Positions 12,601 to 23,019 of a stretch of DNA of 64,000 bases are shown here, in pieces. The stretch lies in contig NW_024704743.1 in assembly GCF_018977255.1 (NCBI RefSeq), forward strand, positions 79,362,001 through 79,426,000, read 5' to 3'. Numbering within the stretch: position 1 is the first letter of the stretch; the number at the start of each line of letters is the position of its first letter. The translations under genes and the position numbers were made by a program. This stretch comes from Callorhinchus milii (taxonomy: Eukaryota). The notes under the pieces were generated by a model, which saw only the letters and a list, made by a program, of their open reading frames with translations, was not told where the DNA came from and did not search any database.

Positions 12601-15600
12601 TTAGATGTGGATTATCATTAGGCACTCTTAAAAATATTTTAAATATTTAAGAAAATGTTTGTGCTGTCAGGTTAAGTAGCTGCTTTACACTTCAACGACA
12701 GCTTATTCTCAATTTACATGGTAGCATGCACTTTGAATAATCTAAACGATTTTCTACAATTAGCAATTATGTTGCCCACTAACTGGTTGGTGACTAAAAG
12801 GAGGAAGGGAAGATGCATTTTTTAATTGGCAATTCCCCTGCTGAGATTTTTTCAGGCTGCATTGTTAGTTGTCTTAGTTACATCCAAGACTACTATGCAA
12901 TATTGCCACTGTAAATGTTTCATTCTGCAGTTTTGTCACACTATCGAAACTGGAAAAGCAAGCATAAATAAGTGTGGGGTGGCAGAGAAAGGAAAGATTG
13001 TAAAATGTTGTATGCATAACAACAGCAACAACAACAAAGTTGCATTTGTATAGCGCCTTTCACGTCGGGAGGACGTACACCTAATGAAATTCAATACCAA
13101 TAATTACTGGAAACTGGAAATATTCCCTACAACTAGTGGATTGCAATGGATTGGTGATGTCAATGAAGATTTGTAAACTTTTTTGATTTCTTGCATCACA
13201 AAAGATGTTCTAATGTAATATTGGGTGTTTCCCCCCCTCCTTCACTTTTGAGGCCACTCGTAAACATACTGTGGAAATAAATATTTAGTTGGAAGTCATT
13301 CATTCTTGTTTTTTTTTGAACTGCATTCACTTGAAATATCTATTTGAGAACACTAATGGAGGAAATAGTAATGGATGTAATAGTAATGGATGTGGTCAGA
13401 ACACTGATTTTTGTGCTCCTGGGCAAAAGCACTTATGGGCAAATGGAAGACCCATGGATTAGTATTCTGGAGCTTTTGCCTTGATTTACTTTGATCTGGG
13501 AGTATCTATGTTTTCCATTTGTTTAGTGGGTGGATTGTTACGGTGGGGTCCATAGTGAGATAGACTTTACAAGACTTTGGAAAGAACAGCTGGATCAAAC
13601 CGTCTGTTCCCATTCCTTGCTTTTGTTTTATTTATGTGTTCTAAACTCAAATTATTGAGTAAAACCTGATTGTACTTATTCTTCAGATGACAAATCCTGC
13701 CATACAGAATGACTTCAGTTACTACAGGAGAACTTTAAGTCGCATGAGGATCAACAACGTTCCTGTAAGGCCATCTACTCTACAGAATTCACATTTGGGA
13801 TATTTTCACTTGCTTATGAATTGCTCTGAAGGGTTGAATTCAGTAGAAACTAATAATGTAGTTTGAGGAAAGAATATTTTGTGGAATCCTGTAGCTCAGT
13901 GGTTAGTGCATTCGCCTTGCAAGCGAGACACCTAGGTTTAATTCCCGGCAGGGCGAAATCTTGTTAATAATCCCTCCAAAACAAAGCAATAATAAATTGG
14001 TCATTTTCAATCTACGACTGTTTGTGGGACACTGCTGTGCACAATTGGCTGCAGCGTTTCGCCTACAAATATACAGTCAATTCACTTTACAGTCTATTCT
14101 GTGAAGCGCTTTGAAACGTCGAGAAGACGTGAAAAGCGCTATAACAAATGCAAAGAATATTATTATTATTTCCATCTAAAGAGTGCACAGCTTGATCACT
14201 TCCCATATATGGACAAAAAATAACCTGGCCTCTAGTTCTCTTTGAACTTGATGCATTTATTCCTTTGAATTAAAGCTGTAAAACAGTGACTCGTTTTAGT
14301 TTGAAGTTGCTCCAAAAATATTGTCTAAGTTTGATGGTATGGCATGTCTTAACAAGGTTTGAATATACTAAGCTGAGGCAAAAACTGTTTACATGAAATT
14401 CATATCAACCATATCAAATCCATAGAAGCATAGTTTGGTTTGCTGAGTCAGTGCTTGCAGCAAGGGCTTTGATTCAATGCTAGAGTTGGATCTTGGGTCT
14501 GGTGGCGGTTTGTATCGGGCCACGTTTAAGATCAAGCCACATGAGAAAGCAATCCTGAAATGAAATAACTCAGATGGATGAATCACTTTATCTAGCTGTG
14601 TAACATGTCTCAGGCAGTGAAGAATGGATCATGGACTGGATGGCAGGAGATTTGAAATGTACCTCACACTGGCCTTAGCCAGGTTGTTTCCAGTTTGGGA
14701 GGTCATTTTCCATCCATGCAGTGACTTAGACATGACAACTTAATCAAAAGACTTGGAATTTATTGATTTACTTGGTGCTAGTTCTGCTCTCTTAGATAAT
14801 TGTCATCTTTGAAAGAAATTTAATTTATTGCCTTCACAAAGGATATTGTTAAATTCTATAGGTTGATCCAGGTTGACCAAATATTAAGGAATCCAGTCAC
14901 TTTAATGGGGATTAGGCAGCTCCATTTGGGTATGCATTGCCTACATGAAAATTTGTCTTATTTCGATGCAATTTGTGTGAGGCACTGTGTTAAGTGTTTT
15001 TAGTTACTTTGATGTGAAGTTCAGGTTGTGTACATAACCAGAAGTACTGTATTAAGTAAAGATTAATTATATCAAATGTCTTTTCTTTATAAACAGGCAG
15101 AAGGAGAAAATGAAGTAAATAATGAGCTGGCCAATAGAATGTCTCTGTTTTATGCTGAAGCAACGCCAATGCTGAAAACCTTGAGTGATGCCACAACAAA
15201 ATTTGTTTCAGATGTAAGTTTAATGATGCACCCTGATGTGTTCACAGCTGAAGTGGAGAACAAAGGTTTCCCCATTCTGTCCTGCACATTGTCTGGAAAT
15301 ACTGCAAGATTTAATGTTAGCTTGAATGGAATTCATTGTAGATTAAGTTATATCCTGTACTTTAAAGCACTTCATTAACTGGAAGAAACTTTAGATCAAA
15401 GGTTACATAGTTTGTTGTATTAATCCATTCTTTATGGAGGTGATCAATAATGATTTTTCTTCTCTTTGTCTCATTCACTTTGTTTTTATCCTCCTTGAAG
15501 AACAAGTCTCTACCAATAGAAAATACCACTGACTGCTTAAGCACTATGGCAAGTGTATGCAGAGTCATGCTGGAGACACCGTAAGTTGGACATATAGTTT

Positions 15601-18600
15601 CTATTGGTATTTATTTCAGTTGGAGGAAAATATATAAAAAATGTAGCAGAGATTTAGTAAATCAGTCAGACCTTGTTCTATCATGCATGGTTTAGCTCCA
15701 TTAAATCAAGTTATACTAAATCCACCGTTTGGCATTTACAAGTTGGCAAGTTACCAATGACATCACCGCCGGTCTTACCAAATTGGTAGCATTACTTGCA
15801 AATGTTTCCAGAGGATGCAGGGAGGCTCTTTGCTACCTTTTTTACCTCTGGAAAGAGGGTTCAGATCCAGCTGAGATCCATGAAGTGTAAAGTCACCTTC
15901 CTAAACATTTAGTGCAATCTTACCAATTTCCATTGGGTCAGCACTTGTTTCACAGATGTGCGCAGCATTAGCATCTGAGATCTGACATTTCTCATGGTCT
16001 TTGCCTTCAGAAAATTGTCTCAATATATCCCAGTTATTATACAACATGGAAAGCTTGTTGGTTGGAGAAATAGTTTCACTTCAAATGCATAAAACCTATT
16101 ATTATCATGTATGCGGATGACACCCAACTCTATCTCTCTGCCTCCACCCTCGCCTCCAGGACACTGATGTCCTGACAGAATGTCTGACAGATATCAAGTC
16201 CTGGATGAGAGCCAACTTTCTACAGTTGAAGTCAACAAGACCGAGGCTCTCCTGAGTGGCTCCCGTCAGCGGCTCCACACCTCAGGCGCTGGCAGCATCA
16301 CCATCCAGGGATGCACACTCCACCTCACTGAGCCAGTCCGGGACCTTGGCGTCTTGTTTGAGCCTCAACTTTCCTTTCTACCCCACATCACCCGGTTCCA
16401 CCACTACCTCTCCCCTCAGGCTGCTGAAACCCTTATCCACACGTTCATCACATCTAGCCTCGACTACGCCAACCTCCCTGCTTGTCGTCCTTCCCAATTC
16501 TTCCCTTCACAAGGTGCAGATCTTCCAGGACTCTGCAGCTTATGATCTCTCCCACAACAGGCTCTGTGACCCCATCACCACCACCCTCGCCTGGCTCCAC
16601 TGGCTCCCCATCCCCATCTACTTGTTTTGGAAACAACATTAAGAGATCTCAGTAGGAATCTACAGGCTTAGGTATGGGCAGATATCCATATTATCGTTTA
16701 CAGTGAGTTTAAGTTTACATTGTGAATCAACAGTAATTTGTATTTTCTGATAAGCATACTCATTATGTATATGATTTTGACATTTACAACACTTTAATAA
16801 TAGAGAGGGTCCAGAATACACATAATCTGATTTGCCTCCTTCTGGAGTCCTGTACCTCAGTGGTTAGAGTGCTTGCCTCACAAGCAAGAGACCTGGGTTC
16901 GATTCCCGGCAGTGCGAAACCGTGAGCAAGTTTCCTTACTCCACACGCCTGATAATAATCCCTCAAGAAAAAAGAACCGTAATAATTTGGTCACTCAATC
17001 CACGACTGTTTCTGGGACTGTTGCTGTGCGCAGTTGTCTACCGCGTTTCGCCCACAAAATAGTCAATTCACTTTACAGTATATTGTGTGAAGCACTTTGA
17101 GATATCTAGCAGACGTGAAAAGCACTATATCAAATACAAAGATTATTTTATATGCACATATATATATATCCCCAGAGAATAGAGTTCAAAATCCTCATCC
17201 ACGCCCTCAAGGCCCTGCACAAACTTGCCTCTCCCTACCTCCACCACCTGCTAACCCCACATCGACCTATCTGCTCCCTCTGCGCAGCAGGTTGTGGCCT
17301 GCTCCACGTCTGCCGCCCCACCATCGCAGTTAGGCCTGCAGCCTTTCTGCCCCCACCCTATGGAACTCCATCCCACATTCCCTTTGCCTCGTCCCTCCCT
17401 TCCCTCCTTCAAGGCACATCTCAAAACACTTCTCTTTGATTGAGCCTTCAGCCACCCTACCCTCTCTGCCCTCCACCCTCCCCGATCCCCAGCTCGGGTG
17501 CAAATTACTGACTGTCCAGCAACTCGGGACATCCCCCCAATTTGAAAGGCGCTGTACAAATATAATTTTGTTGTTAAAATGAATGGACTTTTAAAGTCGG
17601 ATTTTAATGAGGAATACCTATAGCAAAATCATGTATAATAAATACCCACCGATTAAAATTTTAAGAAGGATTGAATGAGTGTTACATTGGCAAAAGGGCC
17701 CAAAAAAATTTATCAAGAAGGCTTTAATTGAGAAATAAGATCAAATTTTAGTATTTACCCGCTGCATCTAATTGTGAGAGTCAAAGATTGAGATTATAAA
17801 TATTGGTGGATTCAATAATTTAATTTTAACTTTTGAAGAGTTGATTCTTATTGTTATGGTTGCAATCACGTTGGCATAATGCAGGACAATATAGTTTGTA
17901 GACTATTATATTAATGCTTTTCAAACAGTGCAGAGTAGATATTTAAGCACTCTGGGACTTTACCCTGCCTGAGGGGTGCTGTGTAAATGCAAGTTGTTGT
18001 TGTTATAATGGAGCTCTAATGAAGCTTTCTACTAACTAGCTTACATTCTGAATGTAAAGGCAAAGTGAAGGAATGAAAAGAGGCTCGTCACTTGTGGTTG
18101 AGTTGACACCAACTTTTTCCACTAGATGTCACAAACTCACAAATTATCAAGACATCGGACTGTTTTACAGTAAACTGTGTGTAGATTGTTGTATCTATTT
18201 ACACCTCAAATGCTTTTAATGAGCATAAAAATAAATAAACAAATAATACAATAATAATTTGGTCACTCAATCCACGACTGTTTGTGGGACACTGATGTGC
18301 GCAATTGGCTGACGCATTTTGCCCACAAATATATAGTCAATTCACTTTACAGTCTATTCTATGAAGCGCTTTGAGACGTCCAGAAGATGTGAAAAGCATT
18401 ATATCAAATGCAAGGATTATTATTATTTTCACAGTTAGACCGGTTCTTCTTTCTTTCCCACCCCATCCCCCTGAACACGTCCCGCCTTGACTACGCCAAC
18501 TGCTTGCTAACTGGACTTCCCGACTCTTCCCTCCATAAGCTGCAGTTTATTCAGAACTCTGCAGCTCATGTCCTCTCCCCTCCAGGAACCTATCAGCCCG

Positions 18601-21262
18601 TTCTTTCCTAACTTCACTGGCTCTCCTTTCCTCAGAATCGAGTACAAAACCCACGTTTTATCTTCAAGGCTCTCCATGGTCTTGCTTCTCCCCTACCTCT
18701 CTGACCTCATAACCCCATATCAGCCTCTCCTCTCGGTGGACACCAGCCTGCTTCAGGTCCCCCGCACATCTCACCCCATCATTGGCCATTGGGCTTCAGC
18801 ATCTCTGTCCCCACACTCTTGAACTCTATCCCACAATCCCTCCACCTCACCCTCTTCTCTTGCCTACTTTGAGTCCCACCTTCCTCTTCGATCATGTCTC
18901 CCACCCCCACCCACCCTGCTCTGCTCCCCTTCTGACCCCAACTCCCAGCTCAGGTCCAAAATCCCTGATTGTCCAGCTCCCTGGGACGTCTTTCTGACGT
19001 GAAAGGCACCATACAAGTGTAAGTTGTTGTTAGTTTTAGCCATGTTGCCCTCAGCTTCTAGAACTCTCTTCCTTAATCCCTTCATCTCGCTTGTTCCCTC
19101 TTGTCTTTCAAAACACATCTATAAACCTATCACTTTGACTGCATTTCAGCCAGCTCTCGCCTGACTTTTCCTATCTCCCTCGTAGCTTGGGCTCTTGCTC
19201 ATGATTGCCAAAAAATTGAAAACTTTTTCCTTGTGTGAAAGACGCTACTTAAATGCAAATTGTTGCACATTTGTAATTTCTTTTAGAATTTGCCTTGTGG
19301 AAGAATGTGGGGGTAAATCCTAGTTGTATTTTTGACAGAAAGCCTTTCTTTAATCCACCTGTCAGAAATCTACCTGTTTTAATGATAAGAGGAGTGAAGC
19401 CTGGGGTGGGGATTGTTTGTTCATTTTGCTTCACTGTGAAGATGGAAATGCTCCTGCCAAAATTCTGAGCTATTCAAATCTCAGATATCCTGTCGCCTGC
19501 ACAACAGTACAGGAGCTCGGTTCAAATCATCACACCGATGGCAACCTTGGGATATATTCCCAGTTTGTAATAATGAATAATCCTTGCCTTTAATACAGTG
19601 CCTATAATGGCGAAACGTCTGAAAGTGGATTTGAAAATTGTAGCCACAAAAATAAATATCCAAACGATTTCTTTCCTGTACAGGGAATACAGGAGCAGAT
19701 TTGCAAGTGAAGAAACGGTATCATTTTGTCTGAGGGTGATGGTGGGTGTCATCATTCTTTACGATCATGTGCATCCTGTTGGGGCATTCGCAAAGACATC
19801 CAAAATCGATGTGAGTTTATCTGACTGTATAACTAGCTGTTGGCAAGACATTTATTTTGGGGGGAATGTCCGGTAGGCCGTTTGTGGCAGCTCCAGCAGG
19901 TAAATCATTCCCTTCTAGATTAATGCTGTAATCATATAAAATATATTTACAGTTAATTGAAAATAAACTAGGCTTCAAACTATGCATCACATATATCTGG
20001 AAATGTATTTACAGATTAGCAATTAAATTAAGGTTCTAAGAGTAGCCCTTTGTATATATTAATGCCTCACATATGTGCTCTGTATATAAATTAGTATTTT
20101 TTTTTCTACAGATGAAAGGTTGCATAAAAGTCCTAAAGGATCAGCCTCCAAATAGTGTAGAAGGCCTTCTGAATGCTCTCAGGTATTTATTCTGTTTCCA
20201 GATTATTATCTGTTTTTGATTTGAGTCAACAGTTTTACGTTCACACTGCCTTATGATTCAGGTGGACATTAAGAAGGTAAACCCTACTACTCTTTCTGAG
20301 AAATCTCAAAGTGGAATTCAAGATTGTAGCCACAGAAATAAATACCCAAGTTATTTATTTCCTGTAGAGGGAATACAGGAGCAATTTGGAAATGCAGAAA
20401 CTTTCTCTCCCAGTTGCCTTGGCTTATATTAACCCCTCATCTAGATTCATTCCAAAATAAAATCGATTCATATATCCAAACTCATCTCATATATATACAT
20501 ATATATATATAAAATTAGCCATTGTGTTTGTGTAAGTAATGTTATTTTAATTTGATCGCATTTGATAAAGTACTTTGAAAAATTATTTTGTGTGCATTGT
20601 GCTATTTTAATGCAAGTTGTACATGATTCACATACTATGAACATTTTCTGAAAGATGGAATTTGTTAGTAAGGTAGATTGAGGTTTTCAATTGACCTATA
20701 GTCAATTGTTTGATAAACCTCTTCCTGTGCATTGTCCAACATTTTAATGGTGCTCTGTGTACTCTGAGAAGATTGGTATAATGGTGTAACCAAATACCCT
20801 CTTATTTTCTAAAACCATTTTGTCAAATTTTTACTTCAATTTTCTGTCTATTGTTCAGGTCAAATGGTCAAGTTTTATTTTTCCTTGAATGAAATAAAAA
20901 GTATTGTATATACCATTGTGTTTTAATAGTAAGGGTGTGTGTCTTATATTTGCTGATCTCACCAGTCTAAATATTATTTTACCAAAAAGCATATTTTATT
21001 GAAGCATATGCACTTTGCCAATTTAGGATTGAAAAATATTTATATACATTGCAATATATCCTTGAGCTTAACATTTTGTCCTTGAGCGAAACACCGACTG
21101 TCCAGCGCCTTGGGATGTCCTCCCAACGTGAAAGGGGCTACACAAATGTAATTTTGTTGTTAATATAAAAATTTCACAATGCGACTTCTGCTCTCCAGGT
21201 ACACCACCAAGCATTTGAATGATGAGACTACCTCCAAGCAAATAAAGACCATGTTGCAATAA
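6506..21262 (+). CDS. CYRIB: CYRIB/FAM49B, 5'-partial spliced CDS: join(6506..6627,7792..7897,12354..12490,13687..13764,15097..15213,15501..15580,19684..19810,20112..20182,21199..21262)
   Basis: Nine exons with AG/GT boundaries and compatible phases translate continuously from (N)[40 protein letters not shown] to [21 protein letters not shown]. 902 nt plus a missing 73-nt first exon gives 975 nt (324 aa), the length I recall for human CYRIB. Segments [23 protein letters not shown] and KDQPPNSVE match CYRIB rather than CYRIA as recalled. Confidence 0.96.
6678..6862 (-). mobile_element. CR1 3'-end fragment (a second subfamily; another copy at 25370-25620)
   Basis: ORF 6689..6877 [20 protein letters not shown] is a CR1 ORF2 C-terminus; aligns with 25370-25550. 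Confidence 0.8.
7792..7897 (+). CDS. CYRIB: CYRIB coding exon (106 nt): [35 protein letters not shown]
   Basis: ttttaaag|GCAATA acceptor, TTAG|gtattt donor; translated by hand, not in the ORF track. Confidence 0.95.
8047..8360 (+). mobile_element. tRNA-derived SINE, young short subfamily, full length
   Basis: A box TAGCTCAGTGG, anticodon arm CTCGC-TTTGCAA-GCGAG, B box GAGTTCAATTCC, L2-like hairpin tail and (ATT)n end; flanking direct repeat TATGATGTG at 8038-8046 and 8359-8367. Confidence 0.92.
11335..11912 (+). mobile_element. L2-clade LINE remnant, internally deleted
   Basis: Degenerate ORF2 motifs ([35 protein letters not shown]) joined to a 3' UTR ending aaatgtaagttgttg. Confidence 0.75.
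12354..12490 (+). CDS. CYRIB: CYRIB coding exon (137 nt): [46 protein letters not shown]
   Basis: gacag|AAGCC acceptor, AAG|gtaagt donor; ORF 12341..12523. Confidence 0.96.
13687..13764 (+). CDS. CYRIB: CYRIB coding exon (78 nt): [26 protein letters not shown], containing the Rac1-binding arginine pair
   Basis: cttcag|ATGACA acceptor, CCT|gtaagg donor; [13 protein letters not shown] is the conserved CYRI/CYFIP (DUF1394) motif. Confidence 0.96.
13881..14170 (+). mobile_element. tRNA-derived SINE, same family, with a small extra internal deletion
   Basis: Aligns to the 8047 copy from head to (ATT)n tail. Confidence 0.9.
15097..15213 (+). CDS. CYRIB: CYRIB coding exon (117 nt): [39 protein letters not shown]
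   Basis: aaacag|GCAGAA acceptor, GAT|gtaagt donor; ORF 15076..15378. Confidence 0.96.
15501..15580 (+). CDS. CYRIB: CYRIB coding exon (80 nt): [26 protein letters not shown](P)
   Basis: ctccttgaag|AACAAG acceptor, ACC|gtaagt donor. Confidence 0.95.
16105..17574 (+). mobile_element. L2-clade LINE 3' fragment (16105-16616 and 17168-17574), split by an insertion
   Basis: atgtatgcggatgacacccaactctat encodes [14 protein letters not shown] and LHWLPI motifs; (GTT)n tail. Confidence 0.88.
16844..17148 (+). mobile_element. tRNA-derived SINE, same family, CAC-anticodon variant
   Basis: ggagtcctgtacctcagtggttagagtgcttgcctcacaagcaagagacctgggttcgattccc... with the family tail. Confidence 0.9.
18119..18132 (+). 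promoter_or_regulatory. Candidate CTCF site CCACTAGATGTCAC
   Basis: One mismatch to consensus CCASYAGRKGGCRS; motif match only. Confidence 0.4.
18245..18428 (+). mobile_element. 5'-truncated SINE (3' half)
   Basis: Matches the 3' half of the family (aatttggtcactcaatccacgactgtttgtgggac...aaatgcaaggattattatt). Confidence 0.85.
18440..19032 (+). mobile_element. L2-clade LINE 3' fragment
   Basis: [29 protein letters not shown] in ORF 18408..18611; tail gtgaaaggcaccatacaagtgtaagttgttgtt. Confidence 0.88.
19684..19810 (+). CDS. CYRIB: CYRIB coding exon (127 nt): [42 protein letters not shown]
   Basis: cctgtacag|GGAATAC acceptor, GAT|gtgagt donor; ORF 19598..19876. Confidence 0.96.
20112..20182 (+). 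CDS. CYRIB: CYRIB coding exon (71 nt): [23 protein letters not shown](R)
   Basis: tttttctacag|ATGAAA acceptor, CAG|gtattt donor. Confidence 0.96.
20299..20401 (+). pseudogene. Degenerate partial duplicate of the intron end and first ~33 nt of CYRIB exon 19684-19810
   Basis: aaagtggaattcaagattgtagccacagaaataaatacccaagttatttatttcctgtagagggaatacaggagcaatttggaaatgcagaaac aligns to 19622-19716 aaagtggatttgaaaattgtagccacaaaaataaatatccaaacgatttctttcctgtacagggaatacaggagcagatttgcaagtgaagaaac. Confidence 0.9.
21199..21262 (+). CDS. CYRIB: CYRIB last coding exon (64 nt to stop): [20 protein letters not shown]
   Basis: ctctccag|GTACACC acceptor; TAA at 21260-21262. Confidence 0.96.
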
Positions 21263-21477
21263 AGCTTAGCAACGTAATCGGCTGCAGAGGACAGTATTCT
21301 GCAATGTTTGAGATGCACAGATATGTTTTTAATGTTTAAAGAATGCAGAATGCAACTGCTTTATTTGTTTTTTTTAAATCGTGTTCCTGCTCTTAAAAAT
21401 AGCTAAACTTATTTTCTGTGCCAAACTCTTAAAACTTGATACATCAATGTGCAAAAGTGTTTACTTCATTTTCTGTT

Positions 21478-21556
21478 TGAATGAATGAATGAATGAATGA
21501 ATTAATGAATGAATGAATGAATGAATATACGAATGAACAAATGGATGAATGAATGA
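21478..21556 (+). repeat. (GAAT)n microsatellite in the 3' UTR
   Basis: tgaatgaatgaat... run, degenerate at its 3' end. Confidence 0.95.
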
Positions 21557-22013
21557 CTGGCCATGGAACACATTGGCAGCTACTGTTCACAAGTTAAGTT
21601 TCTCTATATATGTAAAGAGATTCAGTAACTTGGCCTAAAAGACAAAGAAAATCTGTTTTGTTTCTATTGACTAATATTTAATACCGCTTCTTCTGCATGA
21701 CAAAACAGCTTTCTCATGCCCTGTTAAAAGTTTAAAAAGTCATTTTCTATCGCAGCGTTATCATGTGCAGCCATTAAAAGTGAGAATGAACAGATGTTAT
21801 GTTAAATTAACTATATGTTTTATTGTACAAAAAGGTACTGAGCACACCGGACTACAAATTATAATACCAGTCTGTTTTGTTAATACTTCGGTTTGCATTG
21901 ACTCGTTTTGTACGAATGTATGTAAGTTTAACATTCATTAAACTAACGTTAAACTGTGATGTGTGCGTAACTCATGCGTATGCATGTACATGTAAATGAA
22001 CAGTTGTTGATCA

Positions 22014-22019
22014 AATAAA
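22014..22019 (+). terminator. Polyadenylation signal AATAAA
   Basis: AATAAA with upstream TGTA elements and downstream T/GT-rich sequence (gcttttgtttttc...gactttgtgtttgg); an ATTAAA variant lies at 21937-21942. Confidence 0.65.
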
Positions 22020-22152
22020 ATCAGCTTTTGTTTTTCTAAAACTTGACTTTGTGTTTGGAGATTTGGAACATTTCAGTATGTGTTACAATAACCTCACCTC
22101 ACAGTGAATATCAAGCTTCCTATGGGAAATTCTATTCAACACTAGGAGTACT

Positions 22153-22477
22153 ACTGTGGAGTCCTGTAGCTCAGTGGTTAGAGCACTCGCTTTGCAAGCG
22201 AGAGTCCTGAGTTCAATTCCAGGCAGAGGGCGAAACCTTGGGCAAGTTTCCTTACTCCACACAGAGCCTAATAATAATCCCTCCAAAAAACAAAAACAAT
22301 AATAAATTGGTCATTTTCCATCCATGACTGTTTGTGGGACATTGCTGTGCGCAATTGGCTGCCGCGTTCGCCCACAAATATACAGTCAATTCACTTTACA
22401 GTGTGTTCTGTGAAGCGCTTTGGGACGTCCTCCCGACGTGAAAAGCGCTATATCAAATGCAAGGATTATTATTATTA
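22153..22477 (+). mobile_element. tRNA-derived SINE, young short subfamily, full length
   Basis: Near-identical to the 8047 copy; A/B boxes, hairpin at 22414-22449, (ATT)n tail. Confidence 0.92.
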
Positions 22478-23005
22478 CTTATTGGTAACCACTTTTGTGA
22501 GAAACTTTAAAAAAAACTGCAGCGATATAAATAATAATCCTTACATTTGATACAGTGCCTTTCATGTACAAAGTGCTTCACAAGATAGACGGTATGGTGT
22601 AGTGCCTCTGTACCTTTTGAGTAAACACAGCAGCCAATTTGCGCACAGCAACATCCCACAGTCAATGCCACTCCTCCTGATGCCTACAGGGGTGCAATGA
22701 AGTGGTTTTAAATTATATAGACTCAGACATTGCCAAAGCTCTTAATTTATTCCCAAACTCCAGAATTAAATTACTGCTTTCATGGAGATTCAGGCACGGG
22801 CGTGGAATGATGTGTAGGATGGCTTATTTAAAAAGCAACTTTGATTTTAGAAAGAAAAACAATTGGATGTAATGCAGACTGAAGATTGTGCACTGGGCAA
22901 ACTGCTGGAGTTCACCATTCCTGGCCTTTTATAAAGATCAGTTGTGTTGCTAATATTTTTTTCAAAAATAATCACCATTGATTTCAAGGGTCTTTTCTCT
23001 ATTAT

Positions 23006-23019
23006 CCAGCAGATGGTGC
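23006..23019 (+). promoter_or_regulatory. Candidate CTCF site CCAGCAGATGGTGC
   Basis: One mismatch to consensus CCASYAGRKGGCRS; motif match only. Confidence 0.45.

Larger units (their letters stand above)
21263..22040 (+). other. CYRIB: Probable CYRIB 3' UTR
   Basis: AT-rich stretch free of recognisable transposons between the stop codon and a poly(A) signal; the end coordinate is approximate. Confidence 0.65.
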
